From NCBI RefSeq assembly GCF_902713615.1, contig NC_052158.1, forward strand, positions 106,776,540 through 106,840,539: DNA of 64,000 nucleotides. Direction: 5' to 3'. The notes under the pieces are model-generated. The model saw nothing but the letters and a program-made list of their open reading frames with translations. It did not search any database and was not told the DNA's origin. Within the stretch, counting starts at the first letter, position 1, and each line of letters opens with the position of its first letter. This document shows, in pieces, positions 60,095 to 64,000 of this stretch. A program made the position numbers and the translations under genes. The DNA is from Scyliorhinus canicula. Lineage: Eukaryota.

Positions 60095-61750
60095 TGGTGG
60101 CGACGGAACAGGTGAGCAAGGCAATTGAGTTTTTTTTTAAGTTGTATAGGTCAGAGCCCCCATGGGATGAGTCGGATATGAGGGAAGTATTTTTGGGGGA
60201 AGGGGTTGGAGTGTCCCAGGGTAGGAGAGAAAGAGAGGGGAGGGCTGGAGGAGCCGATAGAAATGGAGGAGGTTCAGACGAAGATTGGGAAGTTGCAAAA
60301 GGGGCAAGATACTGGGGCCGGATGAGTTCCCTGTGGAGTTTTATAAAACGTTTTTGGATAGGCTGGTGCCTTTGTTGGTGGTAATGTTCAAAGATGCTGT
60401 GGTTAAGGGGGTACTCCTGGAGATGATGGGACAGGCATCCATCTCGTTGTTGTTAAAAACGGATAAGGACCTGGTGGAGTATGGGTCATATAGGCCAATA
60501 TCGCTACTAAATGTGAATGCAATATCCTTGCTAAGGTGCTGGCACTTACGTTGGAAGAGTGCCTCCCGTGGGTGGTTGAGAAAGATCAGACGTGTCCTCG
60601 AACCTGCGGCTTTTATTGAATATGCTGCTCTCCCTATCAGAGGGGAGGGAGTCGGAGGTATGGTGACCCTGGACGCGGAGATGGTATTTGACCGTGCAGA
60701 GTGGAGCTATTTGTTTACGGTGTTGGAGAGGTTTGGATTGGACCTAAGTTTGTGGTGTGGGTCAAATTGTTGTGCAGGGAACCATACGAACGAGGTGAAT
60801 TTGGGGTACTTTCAGTTGCGTCAGGGGTGCCCCATGTCCCCCTTCCTGTTTGCGCTGGTGCTGAGGTGCTTGGATAAGTGAAAGGGGATAGTGAGGGGGT
60901 GGGGGGTGGAGCACAGAGTATCCTTATATGCTTATAATTGTTGTTGTACACCTCCAACCCAAGTTCTACGGTGGGGAAGATAATGGGGCTGCTCAGGAGA
61001 TTCGGGGCATTTTCAGGGTATAAGTTGAACCTGGAAAAGTAAGTGTTTTTTGGTTCCCTGTTCAGGGGCAGGAGTCGGCCTGGGAGGTGAGGTTATCGTT
61101 TTTGACTGGCAACTACCCACTTTCGTACCTGGGAGTGCAGGTGGCTCGGAATTGGGCCCAGCTTTGTCAAGTGAAGTTCACGATCCTGGTGGGTAGGATC
61201 AAGGAAGATTTATTGAGGTGGGAAAGCCTTCCCCTATCATTGTCAGGCAATGAGCAGGCAGTAAACCATGTTTTTTATTCTTATTTCATTACCCAACAGT
61301 CTTTTTGTCAAAACCGTTTTATATGGGGTGTGACAGTTGATTTTGTCGTTTGTCTGGGCTGGGAAGGTAGCAAGGATTAGCACGATGGCGCTTCAGAGAG
61401 GGCTGCAGTCAGGTGGTCTGGCCTTTCCAAACCTGTTGTATTATTATTGGCCTGGTACAGAAAAGGTGCGGGGTTGGGGTAAGGAACCGGAGGCTTTGTG
61501 GGTGAAGATAGAGGCAGGCTCTTAGAAGGGGTCAGGGTTGCGTACTCTGGTAACGGCGCTATTCTCGTTCGCCCCAGAGAAGTATTTGGGGAGTCCAGTG
61601 GTGGTGGCCATGCTGAAGATATGGAGGCAACTTTGACAGCACTTTACGTTAGGGGCACAGTCGATGTTGATGCTGATCCGAGGGAATCATGTATTTGGGT
61701 CGGCTAGGCTACATGGTGTGGTTTGGGTCTGGAAGGAGCGGACGGGGGAT
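60095..61750 (+). mobile_element. Second decayed L1-clade ORF2 fragment, in tandem
   Basis: GPDEFPVEFYK, GSYRPISLLNV, LDAEMVFDRAEW, RQGCPMSP, GGLAFPNLLYYYW. Confidence 0.85.
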
Positions 61751-61983
61751 GACCGAAAGCTGAGGTTCAGCCTTGGATTTAGCGCTGTGGGGAGCCAATG
61801 GTGCAAAGAGTTAACTCGGTGTCACACGCGTGAATCTCGGCTTACTAAGTGGGCATAATTGTTCCTCCTTCGGTGCTACGCAGTGGTACTAGGCACCAGG
61901 TAACTCAAGTGACAGCTACCAGGGAGCCCAATGCTATCATCTCTCCAAATATAACTCACTGGATAGTAATTCCTCTCTTGTTG

Positions 61984-62190
61984 GGGTGGCATGGTGGAGC
62001 AGTGGCACTGAGGACCCGGGTTCGATCCCAGCCCTGGGTCACTGCCCGTATGGAGGTTCCACATTCTCCCCGTGCTTGTGTGGATTTCACCCCCTCAACC
62101 CAAAGATGTGCAGGTTAGGTGCATTGGCCACGTTAATTGCCCCTTAATTGGAAAAGAATAACTGGGTACTCCAAATTTATTTTTTAATAA
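61984..62190 (+). mobile_element. HE1-like SINE, short variant
   Basis: B-box ggttcgatccc, V-domain and ccccttaattggaaaa..gggtactccaaattt tail. Confidence 0.85.
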
Positions 62191-62503
62191 GTAATTCCTC
62201 AGCTGCAGCCAGCTGCTTATCCACCTCAAGGAGGGGGCTCCAACATGCATGGCACAGTTCCAGAGCCCCACCCCCCCCTCCCAACCCTCACAGACCACTG
62301 CACACGGACTTGCTGACTCCCCCAAAAAGACTCTCAGACCCTTGTGAATGGACTCACAGACCTCTCCCCCCATGGCCGAACTTGCTACATCGCAGCCAGA
62401 GTGTTAATTCCACTAGCTTTCAAAGCCTCAGGGGCAATTAGAAAACAGTGAGATATCCAGAATGCAAAATGAAGTATTTCTAGCTGACTGCAAGATCTTT
62501 GTC

Positions 62504-62690
62504 AAAAGCAAAATACTGCAGATGCTGGTAATCTGAAATAAAAACAGAAAATTTGTAAAATACTCCGCAGGTCAGACGGCCATTGTAGAGAGAGAAACTA
62601 CCTTTCACCTGAACTCTCAACCCTGTTTCCCCCTTCAGAGATGCTGCTTGACCTTCCGATTATTTCCAACACTTTCTGATTTTATCACTA
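62504..62690. mobile_element. Degenerate Penelope-like inverted pLTR
   Basis: aaaagcaaaatactgcagatgctgg.aatctgaaataaaaacagaaa, with a partial reverse complement (gatgctgcttgacc..tttctgattttat). Confidence 0.55.
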
Positions 62691-63129
62691 GCTCTTTGTA
62701 TTTTGCCTGACACTCTCTTGCACTGCAAATGAGGAAAATCTGTAATAAATGTATTAAGTTAAGCTGAGATATCATTCTTGTGAGCGTCACTCTTTTTAAA
62801 CACTTACCATAATTGAACTAAAGAAGTGAATGTCATTTTTAATTTTGGACAATCGTGCTTCATTTTTATTTAAGTTCTCAGGGGACAAGTAATGCTGTCA
62901 AGGTTGCATTTATTACCTACCCTGAATTGGTAAGAAATACTCCAAGCAGAGAGATTAACGGTATTTTTTTAAAGCCACAGAGTAATAGACAATAGGCAAG
63001 CAATTACATTTTGCAGTAATTTTATTATTTTAAATTTTATTTTAGCACTTTTACTTTTTTTAGACATTCAGGGTAAGGGATGTATTTTGAGGGAAAGGAA
63101 CATTTCTCAAGCAAACCTGAATTATGTAT

Positions 63130-63341
63130 AGTAAGAAGTCTTACAACACCAGATTAAAGTCCAACATGTTTGTTTCAAACACTAGCTTTCGGAGCACTGC
63201 TTCTTCCTCACGTGAATTCACCTGAGGAAGGAGCAGTGCTCCGAAAGCTATTGTTTGAAACAAACATGTTGGACTTTAACCTGGTGTTATAAGACTTCTT
63301 ACTGGGCTCACCCCAGTCCAACGCCAGCATCTCCACATCAT
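63130..63341. mobile_element. Penelope-like pLTR with inverted copy (174-bp palindrome, 63130-63303)
   Basis: 87-bp arms centred on GAATTC (63214-63219). Matches 14430-14548. Confidence 0.85.
63218..63254 (+). ncRNA. Minimal hammerhead ribozyme motif (mirror copy on - at ~63179-63215)
   Basis: CTGAGGA-a-GGAGC agt GCTCC-GAAA-GCTA; palindromic AGCT stem III. Confidence 0.7.
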
Positions 63342-63739
63342 GAGTTATGTATGACATGGGTCAGACATTTAGAAAATGGCCTTTTCAGGTTACAAGGAAA
63401 TACCTCGGCACATTCTCAGAGGACCATATCCATGGTCCCTGTGGCATTTCAGGACGTCCTCCAATTTGGTTTCCTTCAATGAGGGAGGGCCAAATTATTG
63501 CCAGTCTCAGCTGTGTAAAAAGAAAAGTACAATTCATGTTTTAAAAACTGCAATGATCTTGAGTTTACTGTGCACCTATTGTATTGTGAATGCAAGCAAC
63601 ATTTGTTCACCAATATAATACACCAAATTAATTGAAGCAATATATCACATGAAAGGTAGAGACTAAACGGGTCATATTTATTACAAATATTATAAAATCA
63701 TTTCACAAATCTGCTTAAGACTCCGGTCACTTACTTGCT

Positions 63740-64000
63740 GCTGTATGTGTCGGAACCGATTGGGTTGATAGGGGAATATTGGAGCTACTGTGAGTATTTG
63801 GGTAGTTCTTGGGGTACAAGCTGAACCTGGACAAGAGTGAGTATTTTGTGATGTCTCGGCCGGGGGTGGGGGCAGGGGTATGGGGGCTACCATTCTGTAG
63901 GGCAGAGACTCACTTTAGCTATCTGGGGGTGCAGGTTGCCTGGGAGTGGGGGGGGGGGGGGGGGGGGGGGGGGGGCTTTGCACGTACAACATCACTAGTT
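63740..64000 (+). mobile_element. L1-clade fragment running off the window end
   Basis: GYKLNLDKSEYF...YLGVQVA. Confidence 0.7.

Overview
Repeat-rich eukaryotic DNA, most likely from a shark (catshark-like). The evidence is HE1/V-SINE-like and DeuSINE-like SINEs, shark-type Penelope pLTRs and fish-type L1. The window appears to be intronic within the giant gene NAALADL2 on the + strand. Only one 96-nt coding exon is recognisable (36669-36764, GPGFLSEAHQIHSASMMEAIDPFFNLHETVAK). The rest is a nested TE landscape: a near-complete Gypsy LTR retrotransposon (3772-8444, ATCAG TSD) inside a Rex1/Babar LINE, a second Rex1 copy, L1 and CR1/L2-type LINE pieces, a decayed autonomous PIF/Harbinger with several related MITEs (3-bp TSDs), hAT elements, solo LTRs, Penelope fragments with minimal hammerhead-ribozyme motifs, and at least five SINE types. 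The most notable observations: (1) the Gypsy has no tRNA-like PBS but has a fold-back at that position, plus a YLDN RT motif and CTCF-like motifs in its LTRs; (2) a 174-bp palindrome carries two hammerhead motifs; (3) two Rex1 copies 31 kb apart share the same 3' flank; (4) an HE1 SINE variant shows L1-type insertion hallmarks; (5) an unidentified decayed coding segment lies at the window start. Family names and the gene call come from recalled sequences, not database searches. No clearly new multi-gene system is demonstrated.
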